Part shown: piece after piece, positions 10,344 to 18,751 of the stretch
Numbering within the stretch: the first letter of the stretch is position 1
How the letters are laid out: each line of letters begins with the position of its first letter
Assembly: GCA_002011035.2 (NCBI GenBank)
Contig: MTLY02000001.1
Coordinates: forward strand, 63,342-127,341
Source: Candidatus Hecatella orcuttiae
GTDB lineage: Archaea; Thermoproteota; Bathyarchaeia; Hecatellales; Hecatellaceae
Direction of reading: 5' to 3'
DNA length: 64,000 nt
Notes under the pieces: model-generated
The model's input: only the letters and a program-made list of their open reading frames with translations
Database searches by the model: none
Told to the model about the DNA's origin: nothing
Position numbers and translations under genes: made by a program

Positions 10344-11963
10344 TTGGTGGTGCCTATCTCGACCGAGCTGACGGTTGAAGAAAGGGTGAAAGTGGATACA
10401 GGGCGGGAGGTCGGCGCTGAGGAGCTCCTTCGGAAAACCCAGAGCCTCTGCCCTGAGTGCCTCAAACTCATCCCCGCGGAAATCTACGCCAAAGAAGATA
10501 AGGTCTGGATAAGAAAGCAGTGCCCCGACCACGGGGAAGTCGTAGACCTCTACTGGGGCTCCTACTCCATGTACCAAAGAGCCCAGAAATACGAAAGAAG
10601 GGGCAAAGGTATCGAGAACCCCAAGATCTCCAAGGCTCACCCCGTTTGCCCGGTGGACTGCGGTCTTTGCAATATCCACCTCACCCACACTGCTTTGGCC
10701 AACATCGTGGTTACCAACCGATGCGACCTCACATGTTGGTATTGTTTCTTCTTCGCTGAGAAGGCTGGCTACGTCTACGAGCCCACCCTCGACCAGATAA
10801 GAGAGATGGCTAGGGCGTTAAGAAACGAGCGGCCGGTCCCCGCCAACGCTGTTCAGCTTACCGGAGGAGAACCCTGCCTTAGAGAAGATTTGGTGGACAT
10901 TATCAGAATATGTAAGGAGGAAGGTATCGATCATGTTCAGCTTAACACCGACGGAATAAGACTGGCCACCGACCCCCACCTCGCTTCCAAGGTGAGGAAG
11001 GCAGGCGTCAACACGGTCTATTTGAGCTTCGACGGAGTTACCCCTAAGACTAATCCGAAGAACCACTGGGAAATTCCCGCGATCCTAGATAACTGCAGAA
11101 AAGCGGGGCTGGGCATTGTCTTCGTGCCTACCGTGCTGAAAACGGTGAACGACCACGAAGTAGGAGCCATCATCCGGCATGCGGTGAAAAACATCGATGT
11201 CGTCCGGGGAGTTAACTTCCAGCCTGTCTCTTTGGTTGGCAGGATGACGGAGCGGGAGAGGGCTCAGTACAGGATTACAATACCCGATGTGATTCAGAGG
11301 ATCGAGGAGCAGATGGACGGGGAGATAGGCTCGGAGGACTTTTACACCGTGCCCTGCGTCACGGCTGTCAGCGACTTCGTGGAAGCCATAACCAAGAAGC
11401 CCAAATATGAGCTTGCCATCCACTTCGCCTGCGGCGCCGCCACCTACGTGTTCAAGGAAGGAGATCGGCTTATTCCTTTGCCGAGATTCGTCGATGTGGA
11501 AGGGCTCTTCGAGTATTTGAGGGAGAAAGCTGAGGAGATGAGGGCTGGGAAGAGTAAGTATCTGGTTTTGCCTAAGATGCTTTTCAAGCTGGGAAGCTTC
11601 ATCGACAAGGAAAAACAGCCCAAAGGCCTCAACCTCGCCAAGATTCTCTTCCAGATTTTCCTGAAGCATGACTATCGGGCGCTGGGGGTCTTCCACCACC
11701 GTTCCCTGTTCATCGGCCTGATGCATTTCCAAGACCTCTACAACTGGGACATTGAACGTGTTATGAAATGCGACATCCACTACGCTGTGCCCGACGGGAG
11801 GATCATACCCTTCTGCACCTTCAACGTTATACCCCAGTGGTACAGGGATAAAATCCAGAGAGAGTACGGAATTCCCGTCGAAGAATGGGAGAAAAAGACA
11901 GGTAGACGGCTGAGAGACGACCTCTACAAAAGGAAGATGCCCTCCGCGCCCATGGAAAGCTAG
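10344..11963 (+). CDS. radical SAM protein of the COG1964/MJ0619 type; candidate tetraether lipid synthase (Tes/GDGT-MAS)
   Basis: 539 aa, TTG start. N-terminal CPEC..CPDH rubredoxin-like site, then CPVDCGLC, then the radical SAM motif NRCDLTCWYC, plus a long C-terminal domain. Embedded in a lipid-gene cluster. Confidence 0.6.
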   Translation: MVVPISTELTVEERVKVDTGREVGAEELLRKTQSLCPECLKLIPAEIYAKEDKVWIRKQCPDHGEVVDLYWGSYSMYQRAQKYERRGKGIENPKISKAHPVCPVDCGLCNIHLTHTALANIVVTNRCDLTCWYCFFFAEKAGYVYEPTLDQIREMARALRNERPVPANAVQLTGGEPCLREDLVDIIRICKEEGIDHVQLNTDGIRLATDPHLASKVRKAGVNTVYLSFDGVTPKTNPKNHWEIPAILDNCRKAGLGIVFVPTVLKTVNDHEVGAIIRHAVKNIDVVRGVNFQPVSLVGRMTERERAQYRITIPDVIQRIEEQMDGEIGSEDFYTVPCVTAVSDFVEAITKKPKYELAIHFACGAATYVFKEGDRLIPLPRFVDVEGLFEYLREKAEEMRAGKSKYLVLPKMLFKLGSFIDKEKQPKGLNLAKILFQIFLKHDYRALGVFHHRSLFIGLMHFQDLYNWDIERVMKCDIHYAVPDGRIIPFCTFNVIPQWYRDKIQREYGIPVEEWEKKTGRRLRDDLYKRKMPSAPMES

Positions 11964-12015
11964 GCCGGCGGCAATGCGACGGCTGTCTTTATAAGGATGT
12001 CAAAGATATTGGAAA

Positions 12016-13398
12016 TTGAAGCCTGTTTCCGTTAACCTGCGGTCTGTGCCAGAGATGCCTGACCTGAGAAATTTTTTGAGGGAATCTGAAAAGATAGGAG
12101 ACGTTTTCAAGGTCTCCCGGGAGGTCTCCGTTAAGTTCGAGGCCTCCGCCCTCATAAAGAGGCTGGAAGCTGAGGCCATCGTCTATCTGGAAAAGATCAG
12201 GGAGTCAGATTTCCCGGTGGTGGCCGGAGTCTGCGGGAGAAGAGAGCGGGTCCTCAGAGCATTGGGCGCGGGGGAAGCGGAGTTTTACAGCCGTCTGCTG
12301 GGGGCGCTTCAATCCCCTGTAAAAGCTGAAAGGGGAGAAGACGGCCCCGTGAAGGAGGTGAAGGAGGCTCCTGACCTTCGAAGGCTTCCCATCCTCACCC
12401 ACTACGAGGGAGACGGGGGCCCCTATATTACCTCCGCGTTGGTTTCAGCCCGAAGCCTCGACGGCCGGGTGGAGAACGTCTCCATCCATAGGCTTCAAGT
12501 TTTGGATAACCGTCGCCTCGCCATAAGACTGGTGCCCCGGCATCTCTACCAGCTTCACCAGTCGGCTAAGGAGGCGCACAGGGCTTTGGATGTGGTCATC
12601 TCTATAGGGGTTCATCCCGCTCTCTCCCTAGCGGCCTCGTCCCCCGCTCCTTTTGGGGTGAGCGAATACGATGTGGCAAACGCCTTGCTGGGCGGAGGGC
12701 TTAAGCTGGTCAGGGGTGAGTCGGTGGAGGCCTACGCTCCAGCGGAGGCTGAGATAGTCTTGGAGGGTAGGCTGCTGCCTGGGGAGGAAGTGGAGGAAGG
12801 CCCTTTCGTGGACTTGACGGAAACCTATGATGCTGTCCGCCGGCAGCCGGTGGTGGAGGTTGTGAAGGTTTTCAGAAGGGAGAAACCCCTCTACCAAGCT
12901 CTCCAGCCCGGAGGCTGCGAGCATAGGCTTCTGATGGGCATGGCTCGGGAGGCTAAGATCTGGGAGGCGGTGAGAAACGTGGTTCCTGTGGTTAAGGCCG
13001 TCAACCTGACGGTGGGAGGATGCGGATGGCTTCACGCTGTCATAGCCGCGGAGAAACAGACAGACGGGGATGCCAAAAACATCATCCTCGCCGCCTTCGC
13101 CGCCCATCCCAGCCTGAAACATGTAACCGTAGTCGACCCTGACATCGACGTTCACAACCCTAGGGAGGTGGAGTGGGCTCTGGCTACCAGGTTTCAGGCC
13201 GATAAAGACTTAGTGGTGATTCCTCGGGCTCGAGGGTCAACTTTAGACCCTTCAGGAGACCAGAAGGAGGGCTTAACCGCCAAGATGGGGTTTGACGCTA
13301 CAGTCCCCCGAACCTTGCCCAAAGAAAAATTCTCCAAGGCAAAGATTCCGGGGGAAGAGGAAACTTGCCGCCGTTTTCTAGGGGAAGCTGGAAGGTGA
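12016..13398 (+). CDS. UbiD-family decarboxylase; candidate anhydromevalonate phosphate decarboxylase
   Basis: 460-aa ORF. ATG at 12055 gives the typical UbiD N-terminus MPDLRNFL. A GGPYITSALV..NVSIHRLQV core is present. Lies immediately upstream of the AcnX-type dehydratase subunits. Confidence 0.7.
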   Translation: MKPVSVNLRSVPEMPDLRNFLRESEKIGDVFKVSREVSVKFEASALIKRLEAEAIVYLEKIRESDFPVVAGVCGRRERVLRALGAGEAEFYSRLLGALQSPVKAERGEDGPVKEVKEAPDLRRLPILTHYEGDGGPYITSALVSARSLDGRVENVSIHRLQVLDNRRLAIRLVPRHLYQLHQSAKEAHRALDVVISIGVHPALSLAASSPAPFGVSEYDVANALLGGGLKLVRGESVEAYAPAEAEIVLEGRLLPGEEVEEGPFVDLTETYDAVRRQPVVEVVKVFRREKPLYQALQPGGCEHRLLMGMAREAKIWEAVRNVVPVVKAVNLTVGGCGWLHAVIAAEKQTDGDAKNIILAAFAAHPSLKHVTVVDPDIDVHNPREVEWALATRFQADKDLVVIPRARGSTLDPSGDQKEGLTAKMGFDATVPRTLPKEKFSKAKIPGEEETCRRFLGEAGR

Positions 13399-13435
13399 CT
13401 TATCCCTGTTCTTAACCAGAGAAGAAGAGCGTATT

Positions 13436-14611
13436 TTGAACGGGGAGAAAGGTGAGGCCGCGGCGACTTGCATGCGGCTTCTCGTCACCTTGGGGGAGCT
13501 TTTCGAGGCGGATAGGATGATCCCCATAACCAGCGCCCACGTTTCAGGAGTTTCCTATAAAAACATCGGCACCGCCGGCTTGGAGCTTCTGGAGGAACTG
13601 GCCGGAAAAGGGGCGAAGGTTCAGGTGAAGACCACCCTCAACCCGACGGGGATGGATTTTTTTAAATGGAGAGAAGTGGGTGTAAAAGAGGAATTCGCCC
13701 GCGAACAGCTGCGGATCGTTGAGGCCTTCCGAAAGATGGGCTTACTGGAGGAGTTAACCTGCATACCCTACGAGGCGGGTAACCGGCCTTCGGCTGGGGA
13801 GCATGTTGCCTGGGCTGAATCCTCCGCCCTAGCCTACGCTAACTCCGTCCTAGGCGCTCGGACTAACCGGGAAAGCGGCATCTCCGCTCTTGCCAGCGCT
13901 GCGGTAGGCCGGACGCCCTACTACGGCCTCCACCTAGACGAAAACAGGGCGCCCACTCTCCTTGTGCAAGCTCCCCCGGAGCTGGAAGATCCTTTGGAAT
14001 TCAGCGCCCTGGGATATTTCATCGGACAGAACTTCGGGAGAGCCGTCCCTCTTATTCGAGGGCTGAAAACCGTAAGGCCTGAAGGGTTGAAGGCCCTTGG
14101 AGCCGGGATGGCTGCCTCGGGGGCTGTGGCCCTCTACCACGTGGAAGGCCTGACTCCCGAAGCCCACCGTTTCTCGGAGAAGCCTCTGGGAGGCTGGGAG
14201 AGGCTGAGGGTGGATAGAAAAGACTTGGAGGAGACCCTTCGGAAGCTTTCCTGCGGGGCTGAGGGCGGTTATGACTGCGTTTTTCTCGGCTGTCCTCATT
14301 ACAGCCTCCGCCAGCTTGAAAGGCTTACCTCCAAAGTGAGGGGAAGAAGGCTGCGTCGAAGGCTTTGGGTTTGCACCTCCAGAAAAGTCTATGAGGAAGC
14401 TGAAAGGAGAGGCTATGTGGCTGCCATAGAGGAGGCGGGAGGAGTGGTGCTCAGGGACACCTGCATGATAGTTTCCCCCACTGAGGAGTTAGGCATAGAC
14501 ACCGTGCTCACCGACTCCTGCAAGGCAGCGCATTATTTTCCCAGCCTCTGCAGGGTTAAAGCCAGCCTTGGAACCTTGGACGCCTGCGTGGAGGCCGCTG
14601 TAAGGCGTTGA
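13436..14611 (+). CDS. AcnX/DUF521-type dehydratase large subunit; candidate phosphomevalonate dehydratase
   Basis: IPITSAHVSGVSYKNIG and overall AcnX-like sequence. Conserved-looking residues (LFLTREEERIL) continue in frame upstream of the TTG start, back to CTG 13406. Confidence 0.75.
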   Translation: MNGEKGEAAATCMRLLVTLGELFEADRMIPITSAHVSGVSYKNIGTAGLELLEELAGKGAKVQVKTTLNPTGMDFFKWREVGVKEEFAREQLRIVEAFRKMGLLEELTCIPYEAGNRPSAGEHVAWAESSALAYANSVLGARTNRESGISALASAAVGRTPYYGLHLDENRAPTLLVQAPPELEDPLEFSALGYFIGQNFGRAVPLIRGLKTVRPEGLKALGAGMAASGAVALYHVEGLTPEAHRFSEKPLGGWERLRVDRKDLEETLRKLSCGAEGGYDCVFLGCPHYSLRQLERLTSKVRGRRLRRRLWVCTSRKVYEEAERRGYVAAIEEAGGVVLRDTCMIVSPTEELGIDTVLTDSCKAAHYFPSLCRVKASLGTLDACVEAAVRR

Positions 14612-15024
14612 GAACCCTGACCCTTAGGGGGAGAAAGCTGGTAGGCGGCTTGGCTGAGGGAGTCGCCCTTGTGACCAAGCAGCCCATATCCTTCTTCGGA
14701 GGCGTAAAACCGGAAACAGGCTTGGTGGTGGAAAGAGGCCACGAGCTTCAAGGCAAAAGTATCAGGGGAAAAGTTTTAGTTTTTCCTCACGGTAAGGGTA
14801 GCACTGTGGGCTCCTACACGCTTTATGCCTTAGCCAAACAGGGCGCGGCCCCTAGGGCTATCGTCAACCTTGAAACCGAGCCCATCATAGCCGTGGGCTG
14901 CGCTTTGACGGGGATACCGTTAGTGGACAGGCTGAACAAGGACCCTTTGGAAGTCATTGACACGGGGGATTATGTGAAGATCCTCGAAGATGGCACCGTG
15001 GAGGTAAGAAAAAGCCTAGCGTAA
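14608..15024 (+). CDS. AcnX/DUF126-type dehydratase small subunit
   Basis: 138 aa with GKVLVFPHGKGSTVGSYTLYALAKQGAAPRAIV. Its start overlaps the large-subunit stop (TTGA), indicating translational coupling. Confidence 0.75.
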   Translation: MRTLTLRGRKLVGGLAEGVALVTKQPISFFGGVKPETGLVVERGHELQGKSIRGKVLVFPHGKGSTVGSYTLYALAKQGAAPRAIVNLETEPIIAVGCALTGIPLVDRLNKDPLEVIDTGDYVKILEDGTVEVRKSLA

Positions 15025-15094
15025 GCCCCCGGGGTGAAAGGCTATTCAACGTAACAAGTTAACCATTCTCAAGCTGGGCGGCTCGGTTATAACG

Positions 15095-15850
15095 GTGAAG
15101 GAGGAGAGATACACCCCCAACCAGGCTGCTATCTCTCGGCTTGTTGGAGAAATTAAGCAGGCTGAGGTTAAGCCGCTGATCCTAATCCACGGAGGAGGCA
15201 GCTACGGCCACCCCATCGCCAAGGACCACCAGATAAAGGGAGGCTACCGGGAGCCTTCTCAGCTTCAAGGTTTTGCCAAAACCCATCAAGCCATGGTCAC
15301 CCTCAACGGAATGGTTTTAGAGGCTCTTCTTCAGGAGGACATACCCTCCATGAGTCTTCCCCCCTCTGCTTTCCTGACCACGGACAGGGGGCGTATCCGC
15401 TTCTTGGAGCTGAGGCCCATCCTCAAACTTTTGGAGCTAGGCGTCCTCCCCGTGCTCTACGGCGATGCCGTCTTGGATTCAACCCTAGGCTTCACCATTC
15501 TATCCGGAGACCAGCTGGCCGCCCACCTCGCCATAAAGCTTAACGCAGGCCGAATCATCATGGGCATAGACGTGGACGGCATTTACTCGAGAAACCCGAA
15601 AACAGACCCCTCAGCGCAGCTTATCCCCCATCTCACCCTCCATGAGCTGAGGGAAGTTCTCAAGCACCTTCAGGAAGAGACAGTGGAGGAAGCCGATGTC
15701 ACAGGAAGCATGGCGGGGAAGATTCAGGAACTCATACCCGCCCTCAAACGGGGAGCCCAAGCCCTGATAGTAAATGCGGAAAAACCGGGCAACATCTACA
15801 AGGCTCTAAAACGGGAGCAAGTCCTAGGGACGACGCTTCAGGCAGTGTAG
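15095..15850 (+). CDS. ipk: isopentenyl phosphate kinase (amino-acid kinase fold)
   Basis: Motifs HGGGSYGH, DVDGIY and VTGSMAGKI. The nucleotide-binding LTILKLGGSVIT segment is encoded in frame upstream of the first canonical start, so the true start is probably near 15044-15059. Confidence 0.85.
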   Translation: MKEERYTPNQAAISRLVGEIKQAEVKPLILIHGGGSYGHPIAKDHQIKGGYREPSQLQGFAKTHQAMVTLNGMVLEALLQEDIPSMSLPPSAFLTTDRGRIRFLELRPILKLLELGVLPVLYGDAVLDSTLGFTILSGDQLAAHLAIKLNAGRIIMGIDVDGIYSRNPKTDPSAQLIPHLTLHELREVLKHLQEETVEEADVTGSMAGKIQELIPALKRGAQALIVNAEKPGNIYKALKREQVLGTTLQAV

Positions 15851-15903
15851 TGAAAAACCATGCCATATTTGTGCATATTTGTGCATGGCTTCCAGAAGCA
15901 AGC

Positions 15904-16902
15904 TTAGCCGACGCAGCCTTTTCCAACCCACGACCTCAGACCTCTCTCATCAGTCTCCACCAAATAGGTTTCTCCGTGGAGCCTCTGCAAAGCCTTAGCC
16001 ACGTTTTCAAGGTCTTCTCCTCGAGCTAAGGCGATCATGCAGCCGCCGCCTCCCCCACCTGTCAGCTTAGCTCCGAGGGCTCCGGCGTTTCTAGCCGCCT
16101 CGATGAAGAGCTCCAGCCTCTTGTGGGAGACTCCCACAGCTGAAAGCAGCTTCTGGTTTTCATCCATACACCTGCCCAGTTGAGGGAGGTCTCCTCTCCT
16201 GATGGCTTCAGCAGCCTGCAACGTCAGCCGCCTAGCAGCCTTCAAGTTTTTCCTCATCAAGGCTTCTCTTTCCTCCGCCAAACTGCTTACCTTTTTAACC
16301 AAGACCCCCGTAGACCGGCGGATGCCTGTGTTCCCAACGACCAAGCGAAGCGGCCTAGCTGCTTTCAAAAACTTAACCGGAGCGCCTTGCTGGAAAAAAA
16401 TGATGCCTCCGTGGATGCAGGTAGCTTGGTCTATTCCTGAAGGCCGGTAGTGGAGGAGGCGCTCGGAGAAATAGCTCAGCCTCAAGACTTCCTCCCTAGA
16501 CAGTTTTAACCCCACAAACCGGGCTACAGCTGCCACGGTGGACACAGCCATGGCGGCGGAGGAGCCCAGACCCACCTGTATGGGGATTCCCGATTCAACC
16601 TCCACATCCAAGTCTAACGGGGGACTGCCTGCGTAGTCTAAGACGGCTTCCGCAGCTATCTTTATGGGCCTCAGCAGTCTGCCGCCGGCTTTACCTCCCA
16701 CCTCCGCCTTGTACCTGCCACCGTGGAAGAGGCCGGCTGCTTTAAGGCCTCTGGAAGATACGTGAATCCCAGCCTCAACCCCTTTCCTCACCCGGGCTTC
16801 CGCATAGAGGTTGACGGCCATGCTTATGGCGGGGGCTCCGTGAACGCAGAAATGCTCCCCCAAAAGGATGGTTTTAGCCGGGGCCCTAGCGGCTGAAAAC
16901 AT
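15904..16902 (-). CDS. mvk: mevalonate kinase (GHMP family)
   Basis: 332 aa with KTILLGEH, GLGSSAAMAVS and KLTGGGGGGCMIAL motifs. Confidence 0.9.
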   Translation of the reverse strand: MFSAARAPAKTILLGEHFCVHGAPAISMAVNLYAEARVRKGVEAGIHVSSRGLKAAGLFHGGRYKAEVGGKAGGRLLRPIKIAAEAVLDYAGSPPLDLDVEVESGIPIQVGLGSSAAMAVSTVAAVARFVGLKLSREEVLRLSYFSERLLHYRPSGIDQATCIHGGIIFFQQGAPVKFLKAARPLRLVVGNTGIRRSTGVLVKKVSSLAEEREALMRKNLKAARRLTLQAAEAIRRGDLPQLGRCMDENQKLLSAVGVSHKRLELFIEAARNAGALGAKLTGGGGGGCMIALARGEDLENVAKALQRLHGETYLVETDERGLRSWVGKGCVG

Positions 16903-16944
16903 GGAATAAAATCAGGAATAAAAGATTTAAAGGCGTTGCTGAAC

Positions 16945-17301
16945 TCACATTCCGAGAACCTTTTTCACCACGTTGACTTCCTTGAGGCTGATGTTCCTCC
17001 ACTTAATCTTCCCCGTAAGGAGGTCGATGACGTTAACCCTCTTCTGGTCGATCATCTTCTGGAGAATTTCCTTACTGGTTTCCAAGTACATGTCCTCCGG
17101 GCAGTTTTCAGGGGAAACCGTCATCCGCAAACCGTCGACGGAAAGATGAAAAACGTAGACAGCGTCGTCCGTAACCTTCAGCACAATAGTCCTCCCTTCA
17201 TATTCCTTTAAAAGATCACGAAGCTGAGGCTCACTCTGCAGCCGCTTGTTAAACTTGATGATCCCGTTGTCAAAGCGTTCCTTAAACGACATGGGACTCA
17301 T
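16945..17301 (-). CDS. SCP2 (sterol carrier protein 2-like) domain protein
   Basis: 118 aa. Stand-alone SCP2-like pattern (..VLKVTDD..YVFHL..GL..) ending in LLTGKIKW. Confidence 0.55.
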   Translation of the reverse strand: MSPMSFKERFDNGIIKFNKRLQSEPQLRDLLKEYEGRTIVLKVTDDAVYVFHLSVDGLRMTVSPENCPEDMYLETSKEILQKMIDQKRVNVIDLLTGKIKWRNISLKEVNVVKKVLGM

Positions 17302-17413
17302 TAATTATGAAAAGACATTTAAAATTTACCCCAAAGTGTGATCCTTTGCTTCCATAAGCAGTTTTAAATACTATAAAAAGGGGAAATAATAGGTTAAAAG
17401 GAGTTTATGAATC

Positions 17414-17560
17414 ATGACAGAAGGATTCTGTATGAAATGCCGGAGAAAAGTGGAGATGGCGGACGCAAGAGAAGAAACATTGAAAAATAAGCGAAGAGCC
17501 TTGGTGGGCAGATGCCCCGCCTGCGGCACAAAAGTCGTAAAAATACTTAAAAAAGCCTAA
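17414..17560 (+). CDS. 48-aa zinc-ribbon protein (DUF5679-like), absent from the ORF track
   Basis: My translation is MTEGFCMKCRRKVEMADAREETLKNKRRALVGRCPACGTKVVKILKKA. It has CxxC..CxxC, a GGAG 8-11 nt upstream, and a TTTTAAATACTATAAAAAGG TATA-like element about 40 nt upstream. Confidence 0.55.
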   Translation: MTEGFCMKCRRKVEMADAREETLKNKRRALVGRCPACGTKVVKILKKA

Positions 17561-17880
17561 CCCATCTGAAAGCCCTAAACCAACTTAAACCCGGCCGGAT
17601 TCCAGCCACACGGCCTTTTTCTCAAAAAGGCTTAAAACCGTTAGAACTCCCTCCAAAGCATCCGGTGCTCTTCCCGCCAGTTTATCCGAAATTTGAAGCT
17701 TAAAGCGGGAAGGTTGCACTTTAAATTTTGAAGAAAGCAGTCTTGTATAGGCTGGTTTCTTTTTCCTCTAAAAACGTTTTAATCAGTTTAGGCTGAAACT
17801 TTTAATCGCATCTCGTTGAATACTATTCTCGAAGAAAAAAAAGCTGAGAGACTGGAGGAGCATTTCTTCGGCTGAGCGAC

Positions 17881-18738
17881 ATGGTGAAGCTGGCGGTTAA
17901 AAAATTTGGCGAAGTGCGCGAGGGAGAATTGAAATTCGCATTGGAGGTGCTTGATGAATGTTACAGGCGCCTGAAGCCTCATGCCCTCAGCCTCGTAGAC
18001 CTTTACGTTTTCGAAAAGTCCTCGGCCATGACCGCTTTCCTAGCTTGGGAAAGAGAACAGTTGAGAATAAAAACTTCCGATGTGAGCGAGCAGTTTTTCG
18101 CCGTCCATGATGCTTGGAGGGGGATACCGAGAATCGCCTTCAGCCTAGAAAAAATGCGGGTTATTCCGCAGCCTGTGGTTGTAGGCGGATTGAGACATGA
18201 AGCCGCTCACACTGTTCTTCACGGCTCCCCTGAGTATTACATCATACCCATCCCTGAACCTTTAAGGAAGATGGAAGTAAAATACGGACTCCATCCGCAG
18301 ATGACCGAGGAGCTACTTTACCTTATCTCCATGGCTGTCAAAGACTGCGAGGTCACAGAACTCCTCTACAGCCGAGGCTATCTGGAAGACCAAGTAGCCT
18401 ACAACAAGTTTTTTCTTTCCACCACCGGCGAAGATGAGCAAACATGGGAGCTTGCCAGAGCGGAACCCTCGACCGCAATCCTTTTCCTCACCTCCCTCCT
18501 TAAAACCGCTTGTTGCACTGCCCCCCTCCTAGGAAACAAGCGGCATGGGAAAGAACTTCAGCATGCTCTGCGCGAAAGCCTAGCTTTCCTACCCTTAGAA
18601 TTTAGCTCCAAAATCCCTACTCTCGCCGCCCGCGCGGCTGAGGGAAGAGAGGGGGACACTCACCGGAAGATACTGCTGTTCACTCAAGATGTCGTCAGTG
18701 AACTGATACGGCCTCTGTTCCACACCCAAGGCCATTAA
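17881..18738 (+). CDS. hypothetical protein with HExxH motif
   Basis: 285-aa ORF with GGLRHEAAHTVLHG (HExxH-x3-H). No family recognised. Confidence 0.4.
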   Translation: MVKLAVKKFGEVREGELKFALEVLDECYRRLKPHALSLVDLYVFEKSSAMTAFLAWEREQLRIKTSDVSEQFFAVHDAWRGIPRIAFSLEKMRVIPQPVVVGGLRHEAAHTVLHGSPEYYIIPIPEPLRKMEVKYGLHPQMTEELLYLISMAVKDCEVTELLYSRGYLEDQVAYNKFFLSTTGEDEQTWELARAEPSTAILFLTSLLKTACCTAPLLGNKRHGKELQHALRESLAFLPLEFSSKIPTLAARAAEGREGDTHRKILLFTQDVVSELIRPLFHTQGH

Positions 18739-18751
18739 ACCGGGGTGAGGC

